Source of the DNA: Octopus sinensis
Lineage: Eukaryota
Assembly: GCF_006345805.1 (NCBI RefSeq)
Contig: NC_042999.1
Span: 54,436,001-54,500,000, forward strand
Length of the DNA stretch: 64,000 nucleotides
Reading direction: 5' to 3'
The notes beneath the pieces are model-generated. The model was not told the DNA's origin, ran no database searches, and was given only the letters and a program-made list of their open reading frames with translations. Both the position numbers and the translations under genes were made by a program. This document shows, one piece after another, positions 52,112 through 64,000 of the stretch (its first letter is position 1; each line of letters begins with the position of its first letter).

Positions 52112-53323
52112 GTATATATCACCCATCACCCCCATTCCTTCTATCTGACACTCCTTTACTCTTTATCCTATCATCTTTTACACTCTCATATCTTTCTCTC
52201 TCTATCACCCTCACCTCCACATTCCTACTATCAATTTTTCTTGACTGACCACTAATCAGTACACCCTCCCTCTCTTCGTCTCTTTATTATCTCTCTTCCC
52301 GCTTTTCTTTTTTCTTTTTTTTCCTTACTTTATTCTCTTCCTCTTTTCGATTCGACCTTACAAATACCTTCCCAACTTTTAAGTCACTTCAAATAAAAGC
52401 CTCGATTCAATAACACTATTGATGCTTTTATTACATGAGTATTTTTATTGGTTGATTTTCCATAAATAGGAAAATATCTTTCTTCTCCATTAACGGAACT
52501 TGCTGCCTCACATTCTAAGTACCGTTTTCACTGGCATAAAATACACACGACCACATTAGACGCATCCCAGTTTCAGCAGCGCATATTCAAGCAAAGAAGC
52601 TTTTAGTTCATTAAATCACGTAATATAAACCCCAACTTCACGTATAGGTTCCGGGGGTGATAATCTGAGGCATTTTCTGATGGGGTGGGGGGAGTGCGTC
52701 GTATATGGCACCAAAAACGATAATTAAAATGCTTTATATTCCGCCCCCTTCCATCGCCTGAATGCAACTGATTGTGTTATCTTAAGTTTACTGAAGAATA
52801 GATACAGGCCTTCAATGAATTCAGAAGTTCACAAGAATAATTTCTTTCGAAAATTCCAAGACTTACAAAATCTGGCGCCAATTTCTTGTCTTACCATGGC
52901 ATATGTATCTGTAATTCACATGCTGTTTACCATTCGGTGGTGCCCGCCCACTACTTTACTGCTAACATTTTCTCTAAACAGGCACTTCTTTCCAACTTAT
53001 CCAAAGAAACTAACTCGTCTTTTTTACATGGTTTTCTTTTGCCATTTTATTTTTATGTTTTTAACAGACAAAAGGCTTAAGGGATATCATACGTTACATG
53101 AAAAGGGGAATAACAGTCGCCATATGCCGACGTTTTGTGTGCATGTATGTAAGTAAGCATGTATGCATGTATATATGAATGTATGAACGTTTGTATGTAT
53201 ATATGCATGTACGTATTTATGATGCGTGCATGTTTGTGTGTGTGTATGTGTGTGTACATATGCACAGCGAATATACATCTATATTATCCAAATTTATATA
53301 CATCTGTGTGTATCATACATATG

Positions 53324-53356
<33 letters not shown>

Positions 53357-53398
53357 GTAACTATATATATATATATATATATAAACTCTGAATGTGTG

Positions 53399-54695
53399 TT
53401 GGGTCATCCCATAAATAATGCGGTTTTTTTCAATTGCATGAATTAAAAGTCGGAGGGGAACGGAATAAACCACCTGCATCAACTTGCTATTATAAAACCA
53501 GATAGTAATTTCACCTTGTACTTATTCTTAGTGCAAATTTTGAAGAGTGCAGTTCGATTTTAACAGTTATATTTTCAAAGCTATGACGGAAGTGACAAAG
53601 TTACATATTCAGCATATTTTGCTTTATGAGTTCAATAAAGGTAACACCGCAACGGAAAGTGCGAGGAATATTAATGCAGTATATGGGGATCGGACAATAA
53701 GTGTAATCCAATGTCAATGGTGGTTTCAGAAATTCCTAGGTGAAAACTACAGCCTAGAAGAGCCTCGTCCTTGAAGATCTGTAGAGCACGACGAGGACGT
53801 CCTGCAAACCCTGGTGGAACAAAATCCCATCGTAACTGTCGAGGAACTAGCAGATAAGCTTGGATTTGGTCATTCAATCATTCATTGACACCCGCATGCC
53901 ATCGAAAAAGCCAGCAAATTGGGTCAATGGGTTCTTCACAAACGTTCCCAATCTAATCGCGCGCAGAGAGCGAATGTGTTTTTCTTTGCTGTTACGTCTC
54001 ACGAGTGAACCTTTTTTGGGCCGAATGGTAACTGGTGACGAGAAATGGGGTTCTCTATAAAAATGTCAAGTGCCGAAGACAGTAGGAAGGGAAAGGAGGA
54101 ACACAGGCAGCCCAGGCTAAAGATAGTCTTCACCCACGTAATTTGATTTTATCTGTTTTGTAGGATATGAAAGGTTTAGTCCACTTTGAACATTTAAACT
54201 CAAACCAAACAATAACATAGGAGATCTACTGCGAGCAGCTTGGGAGGCGTAAGTCAGCGCTAGAAGAAAACCGACCACATTTGGTTTCAAGACAAAAAGT
54301 GTTCTTCCATCAGGATAATACTCGGCCGCATACAACGTGGATGACATTTCAAGGGCTGGAACAGTTTGAATGGGAAAACGATGAACCAACCACCGTATTC
54401 GCCGGCCATTGCTCCTTCTGATTATCATTTATTCTGCAGTCTTCAAAATCATTCGGACGGAAAAAATGTGAATTCTGTAGACGAGGTCAGAACAGTACAG
54501 CAGGAGTATGTTAGTATTTTTCGTCACGGACAAGTGAATTTTGAAAGAGAAACCTTGCAAGTCTACCAGATTGATGGAAGAGCATTGTAGGAAATGAAAG
54601 AGAGTATATTTTAGATTAGAAATGAACTTTGCTTATCTAAATTTTGAAAAATAAAAGAAGTATTAAAAAAACGCACTATTTATGGGATTACACAA
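53399..54695 (+). mobile_element. full-length decayed mariner (DD34D-type)
   Basis: TIRs TTGGGTCATCCCATAAATAATGCG and CGCACTATTTATGGGATTACACAA; about 1.3 kb; MVTGDEKW, HQDNTRPH, YSPAIAPSDYHLF; many stops and frameshifts. Confidence 0.9.
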
Positions 54696-54928
54696 TACAT
54701 ATATATGTAATAATATATATATATATTATATATATATATATATATATGTATATATTAGTAATAAAGTAGGATGTCTACAGTTACTCCGGTCAACCTATCT
54801 ATTGCTCTCATGGTGGTCATATGCTTTCTAAACTGAAACTGCGGCCGGTGCTTTACTCATCATCCGTTATACATTTTGTATAATTTTCTTTCCATATATA
54901 TATACACACACACACACACAATACATAT

Positions 54929-54970
<42 letters not shown>

Positions 54971-54974
54971 TAGG

Positions 54975-55020
<46 letters not shown>

Positions 55021-55080
55021 TATATATATAGATAGATAGATAGATAGATAGGCTGATAGATAGAGGATAGATAGATAGAT

Positions 55081-55120
<40 letters not shown>

Positions 55121-55296
55121 CAGACCATTCATTTTTGCTTCTGTTTCCTTTATACAATGTTGTATATATATATATAATATATGTGTGTGGTGGGTGTATA
55201 CTGTATGTGTGGTGTGCATCTATCTGTCTCCCTTTTTGCCTCCTCCCCTGCCTCTCTCCCTGCCTCTCTCTCTTCTCTCCATCCCTCTCTCTTGAT

Positions 55297-55330
<34 letters not shown>

Positions 55331-55785
55331 ATATATATATATAAGTATATATATATATATATATATATATAGATATATATATATAGAAGTATATTATATA
55401 TATATATGCATATCATACATACATATCCTAAATTGTTTCATGTTTACAGAGTTACTCTGTCAAACCTATCCATTGCTCTCATGCTGTCATATGCTTTCTA
55501 AACTGACAAGTTCAGTCAGATCAATGAATGTTAGGTTGCTGTTTTTAATATGTAATCTGCCTTCTCGAATAAATTTCAACAAAGATAAGCCCGATCCAAT
55601 GGACATAATCATAACCAGCTGCTTTCATATTCAACTTCATTTAGTCTATTAATATTTTACTGGTTTACGTATTTCGGCCATGCACGAGGACCATGCTGGA
55701 GGGTTTCAGTAGATGGAGCCACGTTTTATGAGTTTCTTAATTATGCGTTCGTCTGTTTTGATTTGTAGAATATATTTTGTGTTTT

Positions 55786-56160
55786 AGGGAGACGAGCTGG
55801 CAGAATCGTTAGCACGCCGGGCGAAATGCTTAGCTGTATTTCGTTTGCCGCTACGTTCTGAGTTCAAATTCCGCCGGGGTCGACTTTGCCTTTCATCCTT
55901 TCGGGGTCGATTAAATAAGGACCAGTTATGCACTGGGGTCGATATAATCGACTTAATCCGTTTGTCTGTCCTTCTTTGTCCCCTCTGTGTTTAGCCCCTT
56001 GTGGGTAGTAAAGAAATAGGTATTTCGTCTTCCGCTACGTTCTGAGTTCAAATTCCGCCGAGGTCGACTTTGCCTTTCATCCTTTCGAGGTCGATTAAAT
56101 AAGTACCAGTTACGCACTGGGGTCGATATAATCGACTTAATCCGTTTGCCTGTCCTTGTA
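55786..56160 (+). mobile_element. composite (dimeric) SINE family A with beta tail
   Basis: Head-body-beta tail, followed by a second body unit. Confidence 0.85.
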
Positions 56161-56602
56161 TGTCTCTTGTGTCCCTGGGACGTGTAAATTAATTGAATAT
56201 ATGTCTTTTCAGTATATTCGAAGTCATTGTCAACAACATTCTTGGAGTAGTCCAGGATATACCCATGGGTATAAATCAGGTAAGCCAACTGTAACCTCGG
56301 ATATAGTTTGACAGATGGATTAATGTGGATTGCTACATGGGATGGCCACATCCGGAACGATACTTCTGAAAGGTTTGCTCTGTCATGAATGACCTTAGTT
56401 AACTGCAACAACACTAGTTACCGATTGTAGACATAAATTTGATCTGATATGTGTGTGTGTGTGTGTGTGTGTGTGGCCTATTGCTGCGGAGCTTCCCTCG
56501 AATACGTAGATTCAAGTTTATACACAACACTAACGAATATATCTCTTCATGTGTGTGAGCGTGCGTGTGTGGTGTATATAAGAAAGAAAAGAAAGAAATG
56601 GT

Positions 56603-56640
<38 letters not shown>

Positions 56641-57594
56641 TGTGTCTGTGTGTGTATTCCACATGGTAGTAATTTTTTTATGAAATAGAATTATAGCTAT
56701 TTGTAAAAGAATGAAACTCGTTAAAATACACCCTCCATGCATCCAATTAATAAACTGTGCCTCCATACATTTATTTAAGAAACTGTCCTTCCATACATCT
56801 GATAAAAAAAACCAAGCCTCCATGAATCTGTTTGAGAAACTCTGCTTCCATTTATTTACACAAAAAGCTTCTTTGCCACATATCACTTCTATTTTTTTCT
56901 CTCCCTCTCTCTTTCTCTATTTAGAAAACGATAATTCCTTCTCTCTCTCTCTCTATCTCTCTCTCTCTCTCTCTCTTTCCCTCTCTCTCTCTGTCTCTCT
57001 CTCTCTATTTCAGAATCTATCCTTCCACATCCGTGTTTAAATCATTCTGTTACAATTACACGATTCACTTTTGAAGTTACTGTAAAGAATCTCCATAAAG
57101 CAGTTTCAGTAAAGAAGGTAGATGTATTCTTGTAAGGCTTAACTAGCCTTAATCCCATTCTTAATCCTTTAGTCTTTCACCATTATTCACAGCTTTCTTG
57201 CATTTTTTTGCTTTTCAATGTGAACCTCTTTTTTTTTCGTTTGTTTTTGTTTTCTTTTTTTTTTCAACATGAAATTATTTTTAAAGAAAATTTTTCTCTT
57301 TATTTTATTACTTTTGCTGCTGGCGTTGTGATTGTTGCTGTCACTGTTGCCTTAGTGATAGCGGTGGTGGTGGTGGTTGTGGTGGTTGTGGTGGTAGCGG
57401 CGGCGGTGGTGGTGGTGGTGGTGGTGGTGGTTGTAGTGGTGGTGGTAGTGGTGGCGGCGGCGGTGGCGGTGATTTAGGTGGGGTGAAACCAGTGTCGTCG
57501 GGATGATAGTGATGGTGGTGCTGGTGCTGCTGCTGCTGGGGTGGTGGTGGTGGTGGTGGTGGTGGTGGTGGTGGTGGTGCTGCTGCTGCTGTTG

Positions 57595-57687
57595 CTGTTG
57601 ATGTTGTGCGAAACGGTCTTCGTGGGAGAAGTCCGAATCGTGCTCCTTTGCTATTCGTAAGACCCGCAGAAGAGAAAGTAGGTCAAC
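57595..57687 (-). mobile_element. SINE family C 3' tail, cut by the gap
   Basis: Matches 47700-47800. Confidence 0.75.
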
Positions 57688-57787
57688 NNNNNNNNNNNNN
57701 NNNNNNNNNNNNNNNNNNNNNNNNNNNNNNNNNNNNNNNNNNNNNNNNNNNNNNNNNNNNNNNNNNNNNNNNNNNNNNNNNNNNNNN
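57688..57787. other. assembly gap (100 N)
   Basis: Direct reading. Confidence 1.
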
Positions 57788-59055
57788 GGGCCGAACACAG
57801 AGGGGACAAAATACAATGTAGAGCTTTTCTTTTCGAAAGAAAAAAAAAGGAAAGTGGAAAATAGAAAAAAAGGACGGAAAAATTCCGATCAAAAGGGATC
57901 ATGTAAAGAAAATCCTATCAAAAGGGATCGTGTATCACAGAACAAAGTAAAAATGTGAAAAACAGATTAGGTTTATCCGTGGAAAGAAAAGCCTACGAAA
58001 AAGACCACGGTAACCTCAGGTAGGGAGGGGAAAAAACACATGAGAGCAAAGTGCTCTCTCCCACTTTTTTGGATTTACAGGATCATGCTCAACGTGGTTT
58101 CGTCATTCGCGCGTACCATCTTTGCTACATTCGTTCACCTTTTACTGAATGTTTCATGAGACAAAACTTGCCTCTCTCTTCTCACCTTCCTTTTCAAGTG
58201 GTACTTGAAAAAAAGTTGATGAGCGATTGGCCAGAGAGGAGAGTGTTTGTCTCTAATCCTTTGTCTCGAGTCCACCACACACATTCTTTCACCATGGCCA
58301 CAAGTAGGAGGAAAACTGCTTTGCCTTCCCGATTAAGGGAAGATGGCGGAGTAATTTTCACGATAGACTCGGCCGACATCCGAATTCGTCCCACACGCGA
58401 TAGCAGCCGTTCGGCATAAACCCACAGGGCCGAAATGGTTGGACACAGCACGAGTGCGTGCAGAATAGTTTCCTCACTCTGACCCCATGTCGGGCAGTTG
58501 GTCCGATGTATCTCGAACGGTGCCTGTAGAGCTTATCCCAAACGGATAATGCTTCTCGATAGTACTGCCAGGCTAGTGATCTTTGGTGATTGTCCATAGT
58601 CCCAGCCCGAACATTGTCCTGAACAGGCGGGTCAGCTGTTTCTCGTCGACGCCCAGATTCTCCCCGAGAACATTGTTGCACCTCCCCCCCTCCACTAATC
58701 CTCTATAGAACACCTTCGTGAAATTGAAGTCGCATAAATTTGGTCCGGACGGCAGAGTTGCTTGAGAGCAAGGCGGCGGCACTCGCGGTGCTATTCGCCT
58801 AGCATCGGTCTCTGTTTGATCAACGGCTGCAGTTCGGCCAAAGAGACGAGGTGCGGGAAAGCGCGCCTCACAAACGGCAACCACACCTATTCACCGTCGT
58901 CTATGAAACGCCGGAGAAGTCACAGTCTATCTACCTCGCTAAATGGAGGGATGGGCATGCCATGATTGATATCTGCGCATCATCAACCACGGCATGATCA
59001 TCATCAACCACGCATCATCTGCGCATCATCACACCCAGCCCTCCATTTAGCGAGG
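57788..59055 (-). mobile_element. Tx1/L1-clade LINE, copy 2 (more decayed)
   Basis: Homologous to 4760-6090 including the 3'UTR (GAAAAAGACCACGGTAACC; AAAAGCTCTAC). Confidence 0.88.
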
Positions 59056-59119
59056 TAGATAAATAGATAAATAGACAGATAGACAGACAGATAGATAGAT
59101 AGATAGATAGACACAAGCA

Positions 59120-59149
59120 CACATGTATGTATTTATGTATGTATATATG

Positions 59150-59183
<34 letters not shown>

Positions 59184-59487
59184 TGTATGTATGTATGTAT
59201 GTATGTACGTATGCATGTATGTATATATGTATATATGTATGTACGTATGTATGTATTATGTATGCATGTACGTATGTATGTATGCATGTATGTATGTATG
59301 TATGTACGTACGTATGTATGTATGCATGTATGTATGTATGCATGCATGTATGTATGTATGTATGTATGTATGTATGTATGCATGTATGTGTGTATGTATG
59401 TATGTATGTATGTATGTATGCATGCGCATGCATGCGTATGTATGTATGTATGTATGTATGTATGTATGTATGTATGTATGTATGTAT
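59120..59487. repeat. (TGTA)n microsatellite
   Basis: Direct reading. Confidence 0.95.
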
Positions 59488-59856
59488 CATTCTGATGAGT
59501 TATGTGTTGGTATTTCAGATCTGACAAACTCCCAGTGAAAACGAAGACTTCTGCCGTAGAATCTTGTTTGAACATCACATATTTACGAGTTTCCTTTACA
59601 AACGATTCTGACAAAACCCCCAAAAGTTACAAGCTTGGAACTATGTCCTAACGACATTCCTTTCACATTTTTCAAGCATTTTCTCTCACTTGTTCTTTGT
59701 CTAACCACCCCAAATACATCATGAATTAATCAGCCGAAAGAAATAACACCCGACTTCAACCATGACATTTGTTATTTCACCTTCTTCCTTTCTTCTCTCT
59801 CCTATTGGAACCCCATCAAGTCTGCTGGAACTCCCAGAACATTATTATCATTATTA

Positions 59857-59911
<55 letters not shown>

Positions 59912-60320
59912 GCTTATAAATGACAAGCTTCAGACAGAATAACAAACTGATATTAATTCATCAAACTTGTTTTCTTCTTCCGCCACTTTTGCGGTAACAT
60001 TTAATAATGTCTTGCGGAGCAGCAGATATTACTTTACCGCCACCACCGCCACCTCGCCGCCGCCATCACTATTAATAAGACCACCACCACCACCACCACC
60101 GCTACCACAACTACAACCGCCACCGTCGCCTTCACTACTGCTGCTAGTGCTACGACTATCATGTTCATAGCCACCACGAACACTACTTACTAATAACAGC
60201 CCCACCGTCACATCACCGCCATGACATCACTACAATCGCACAATCAGCATATATACGTGTGTTGTGTGTGTGTGTGTGTGCGTGTGTGTGTGTTGTGTGT
60301 GTGGTGTGTGTGTGGAAATA

Positions 60321-61325
60321 TTGGGTTGAGGAATAATTCATGAGCGATTTTTTTTTTTTTTAATTAAAAAAGTACGCAGAAATAAAAATTTCTCTATTGC
60401 CCACAAGGGGCTAAACATAAAAGGGACAAACAAGGATAGACAAACGGAATAAGTCGATTATATCGACCCAGTGCGTAACTGGTACTTTTTTAATCGATCC
60501 GAAAAGGATGAAAGGCAAAGTCGACCTTGGCGGAATTTGAACTCAGAACGCCGACCTTGGCGGAATTTGAACTCAGAATGTAACGGCAGACAAAATACCT
60601 ATTTCTTTATTACCCACAAGGGGCTAAACAAACAAGGACAGACATAGATATTAAGTCGATTACATCGACCCTAGTTCGTAACTGGTACTTATTTAATCGA
60701 CCCGAAAAGGATGCACGGCAAAGTCAACCTTGGCGGAATTTGAACTCAGACCGTAACAGCTGACGAAATACCGCTAAGCATTTTGTCCAGCGTGCTAACG
60801 ATTCTGCCAGCTGCACGCAGAAATAAAACGCATTGACGAAATGTCTGATGTTATTCAAAAGCGAATTTTTTTTGCTCTACAAGTTTGTGTGTTTTGATTA
60901 ATTAATCTTATTGAGTTTGTGTATTTTCAGATTATTGAAATGGAATGTCAAGTGGACAAAGCTGAACGTCTTCAACACCATTCGCTTGTTTCATTTAATC
61001 GAGGTGTTAAACCTGCCGGAGCTGCTCGTGTTATTTATTTGTGCTGTGTATGGAGCAGGAGCAATGCTTCAAAGTACCACCTGGCGTTGGTTTTCGCGCT
61101 TCAAAAATGGGAACTCTGACATGAAGGACGGATCACACACCAAGTCGACCAACTGAGTTCGCTAAAGAGCGATTGAATCAACTTCTTCACGAAAATCCGC
61201 GTCAAACGACCAGACAATGGGCGGAACAGACGTATTGTGATAAAAAGAAAAAAAAACTGTGAACAGCCTTAACTCAATGAGCAAGGTTAAGAAACTTGGC
61301 GCTTGGGTTCCACTCACTCTGAACA
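60321..61325 (+). mobile_element. mariner 5' fragment interrupted by a SINE
   Basis: TA-TTGGGTTGAGGAATAATTCATG TIR-like start; decayed HTH region WRWFSRFKNGNSDMKD..., KKLGAWVPLTL. Confidence 0.75.
60388..60814 (-). mobile_element. composite SINE family A with beta tail, single insertion
   Basis: 14-bp TSD ACGCAGAAATAAAA at 60374-60387 and 60815-60828. Confidence 0.88.
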
Positions 61326-61368
61326 AAACCAACAAACATCAATACTCCATAATGTACATACATACATA

Positions 61369-61403
<35 letters not shown>

Positions 61404-61479
61404 TATGTGTGTATATGTATTCATATATATTTATATGTAAATATATATGTATGTATATATTTAGCTATGAGTGTCTATG

Positions 61480-61591
61480 TTTGTCACCCCACTGTCGCAT
61501 GTCAACCGATGCTGGTGTGTGCACGTGTGTATGTATGCACGTAGATATGTATATATGTATGTAGTATTGCATATATCTACGTATGTATTTA

Positions 61592-61630
<39 letters not shown>

Positions 61631-61870
61631 ATAAACCTATCTATGTGCGTGTGTCTTTGTGTTTGTTTCGTTTCACCGCTTAACAACCGTTGTTGGTGTG
61701 TTTACGTGCCCGAAACCTAGCGATTCGGCAAAATATTTCGATAAATTTGTACCAGGCTTTAAAAAGATAAATCCTGGGGTCGATTCCCTCGACTGAAAAC
61801 TCTTCAAGGCGGCGCCCCAGCATGGCCGCAGTCTAATGACTGCAACAAGTAAAATGTACAAGGTAAAAGA
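61480..61870 (+). mobile_element. SINE family B, 3' parts
   Basis: CAACCGATGCTGGTGTG; CCAGCATGGCCGCAGTC..ACAAGTAAAA. Confidence 0.75.
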
Positions 61871-62169
61871 CAGTCTGTGTGTCCCGACGCCTGTCGATGA
61901 AGTTTAAAGGAGAAATTCGTGGAAGTCATTTTAGAGTGGAGAGTAAAATACCCCAAACAGTTAGGAATCGATGAACAATGTACCCAATGTATAACACACA
62001 AACGAAAGACAAAGAATAGGGGTCGGGTAATACGGGTGCATTAGATGAACATTTAGAACAGTGTGATATGCAAGAAATAAGATCAAAGGAATTGATACTG
62101 TAGCTGTTAATGATTTATATTCTTCGCTGGACACGACGCCAAGTAGCAAGACTAAAGAGGAAGACAAGA

Positions 62170-62680
62170 GAAATGAACGTTGCATGTAGAACCAGTCAAA
62201 GAGTCACATGTAACATAGAGTTGCCATTAGTAGAGAATTTATACGGCATAACTATATATGGATGCGAGACCTGGACACTAAAGAAAGCTGACCGGAAGAG
62301 AATTAATGCATTCGAGCTTTGGTGTTGGAGAAGACTTTTACGGATTCCATGGACAGCGAGGCTCACCAATGGAGGAGTTCTTAAGCAGATCAGGCCGAAA
62401 ATGTCGCTAGAAGCTAGGATCACTAAGCATAGATTGGCATATTTTGGTCATACTATGCGGAGAAAATCCCCGGAGAAGGACATCATGCTCGGAATGGTCA
62501 GTGGCAAGAGAGGAAGAGGCCGACCAGGAACCCGCTGGCTTGACACCATCAAGATTGATACCGGAATGGACATAGCCAATCTGAAAGAAGCGGCCCAGGA
62601 TAGAACTGACTGGAGGACACTGATCCATCGAGTAACCGAGAGTCGACTTCGACTGAGCGGATAGATAGATAGAACTGGTA
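62170..62680 (+). mobile_element. RTE (BovB-like) LINE 3' fragment with (GATA)n tail
   Basis: YGCETWT, RINAFELWCWRRLLRIPWTAR, RGRGRPGTRWLD, QDRTDWR..RVTESRLRLSG*. Confidence 0.88.
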
Positions 62681-63241
62681 GGAAGAAATACCACACGGTA
62701 TTTTTGCTGCCGTCCTTGCGATTCTAACATTATGCTGCCTTCCAGTGGTTTCATATTTTGTGACAAGGCCAGCAAATTTAGGGCAGGTCTATAGTAGATC
62801 ACATCCAGCCCAGTACTTGGCTGGCTATTTATTTACTCGGCGCTGAAAAAGTGAAAGTCTTCTTTTCGGTGTGATTTTGAATTCAAAACATGAAAAGCCA
62901 GAATAAACGTTGCAGGGCATTTTCTCTGACGTTCTCTGACGCTTCTTCAAATAGACCACCATCTTTTTTTTGTTTTTTGTTTTGAACATTTAGTTTCGGT
63001 ATTCTTTATGTTTGTATTGTGTATATAATACACACACACACAGACGCATGCGCACAAACACACACACGCTCCTATATACGTCAGACAATGAATAATATGT
63101 TATTTTTAAGCGAGGCTGTTTGATTCGTTGAATAAATGTCTATTATATTAGTTGTGGTGTACTTTGCTGCGTTTGTCTTTTGGTTGTATGCCCAAATATA
63201 CATGCATACCATATATACACCACACACACATATATATATTA

Positions 63242-63282
<41 letters not shown>

Positions 63283-63320
63283 GCTATACATACATATATA
63301 TATGCATATATATAATATAC

Positions 63321-63361
<41 letters not shown>

Positions 63362-64000
63362 TATATTATAATGTGTGGGTGTGTGTGTGTGTGTTGTGTT
63401 TGTGTGTGTGTGTGTATGTATATAATATATAATACACACACATATTCCACTTACAAACTTGCATTTACATACATACTATACAATCTTGTAAATAGATGGC
63501 TAGTAACGTATGTATATTTAGGTGAGTGTTGTTTTGCGTGTGTTAGAGAATGTATAAACGTGTGCGGTGTAGACGTAGCGTTCATTTTTAGATTCTTCGT
63601 TTGAGGAATTAACATCAAATTATCTGTATACATTTCGTCTGCACAATATTTTTTTTTCTTTTGGAATGATGAGTTGGTTTTAGAATCTGGTTTTATTCTT
63701 TTAATATTCCTAGGATGAAATTTTCTATTTGCGATAGCTTTTCATTTTTCCCCCTTTCTTTTTTTTTTTTTGTATTATCTAAGCACATGGAAAGAACATG
63801 CTTTATTAAACGAATAACCAATGGATTTACGTAGAACAGACACCTCAAGATGTATCGGTAAATAGTCGAGAATTGCATTAGTGTATTACTTTACGTACAA
63901 CCAAGAACAGAAGGGATTTTGCCGCTGATAAACTCATTAGAATTCACAAAAAAATAAAAGCCAATGGGAGGCGCAGTGGGAGATTTCTATTACTGTTCCT

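Overview
This is eukaryotic, AT-rich, microsatellite-saturated genomic DNA. The SINE repertoire and repeat composition point to a coleoid cephalopod, most likely Octopus (inferred from recall, not a database hit). The window is mostly intronic or intergenic. It contains at least four tRNA-headed SINE families (labelled A-D here), LINE fragments of the Tx1/L1, RTE, Dong/R4 and CR1 groups, a decayed Penelope-like element (GIY-YIG), Tc1/mariner and Helitron remnants, one 100-N gap, and a few candidate host exons I cannot name. Most long ORFs in the supplied track are translated microsatellites. The main signal is a dispersed set of minimal type-I hammerhead ribozyme (HHR) motifs: about seven loci have recognisable cores and several more are degenerate, all with self-complementary stem III. 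One lies downstream of the Penelope ORF, three sit in both arms of head-to-head inverted repeats, one has an 89-nt stem II insert, and one is in the tail of a tRNA-promoter SINE, which suggests a Penelope-mobilised, ribozyme-carrying SINE. Other signals: a SINE tail that matches the Tx1-like LINE 3' end, apparent microsatellite targeting by two LINE families, and a SINE target-site duplication (TSD) that duplicates a splice acceptor. All alignments and folds were done by eye, so element boundaries are approximate.
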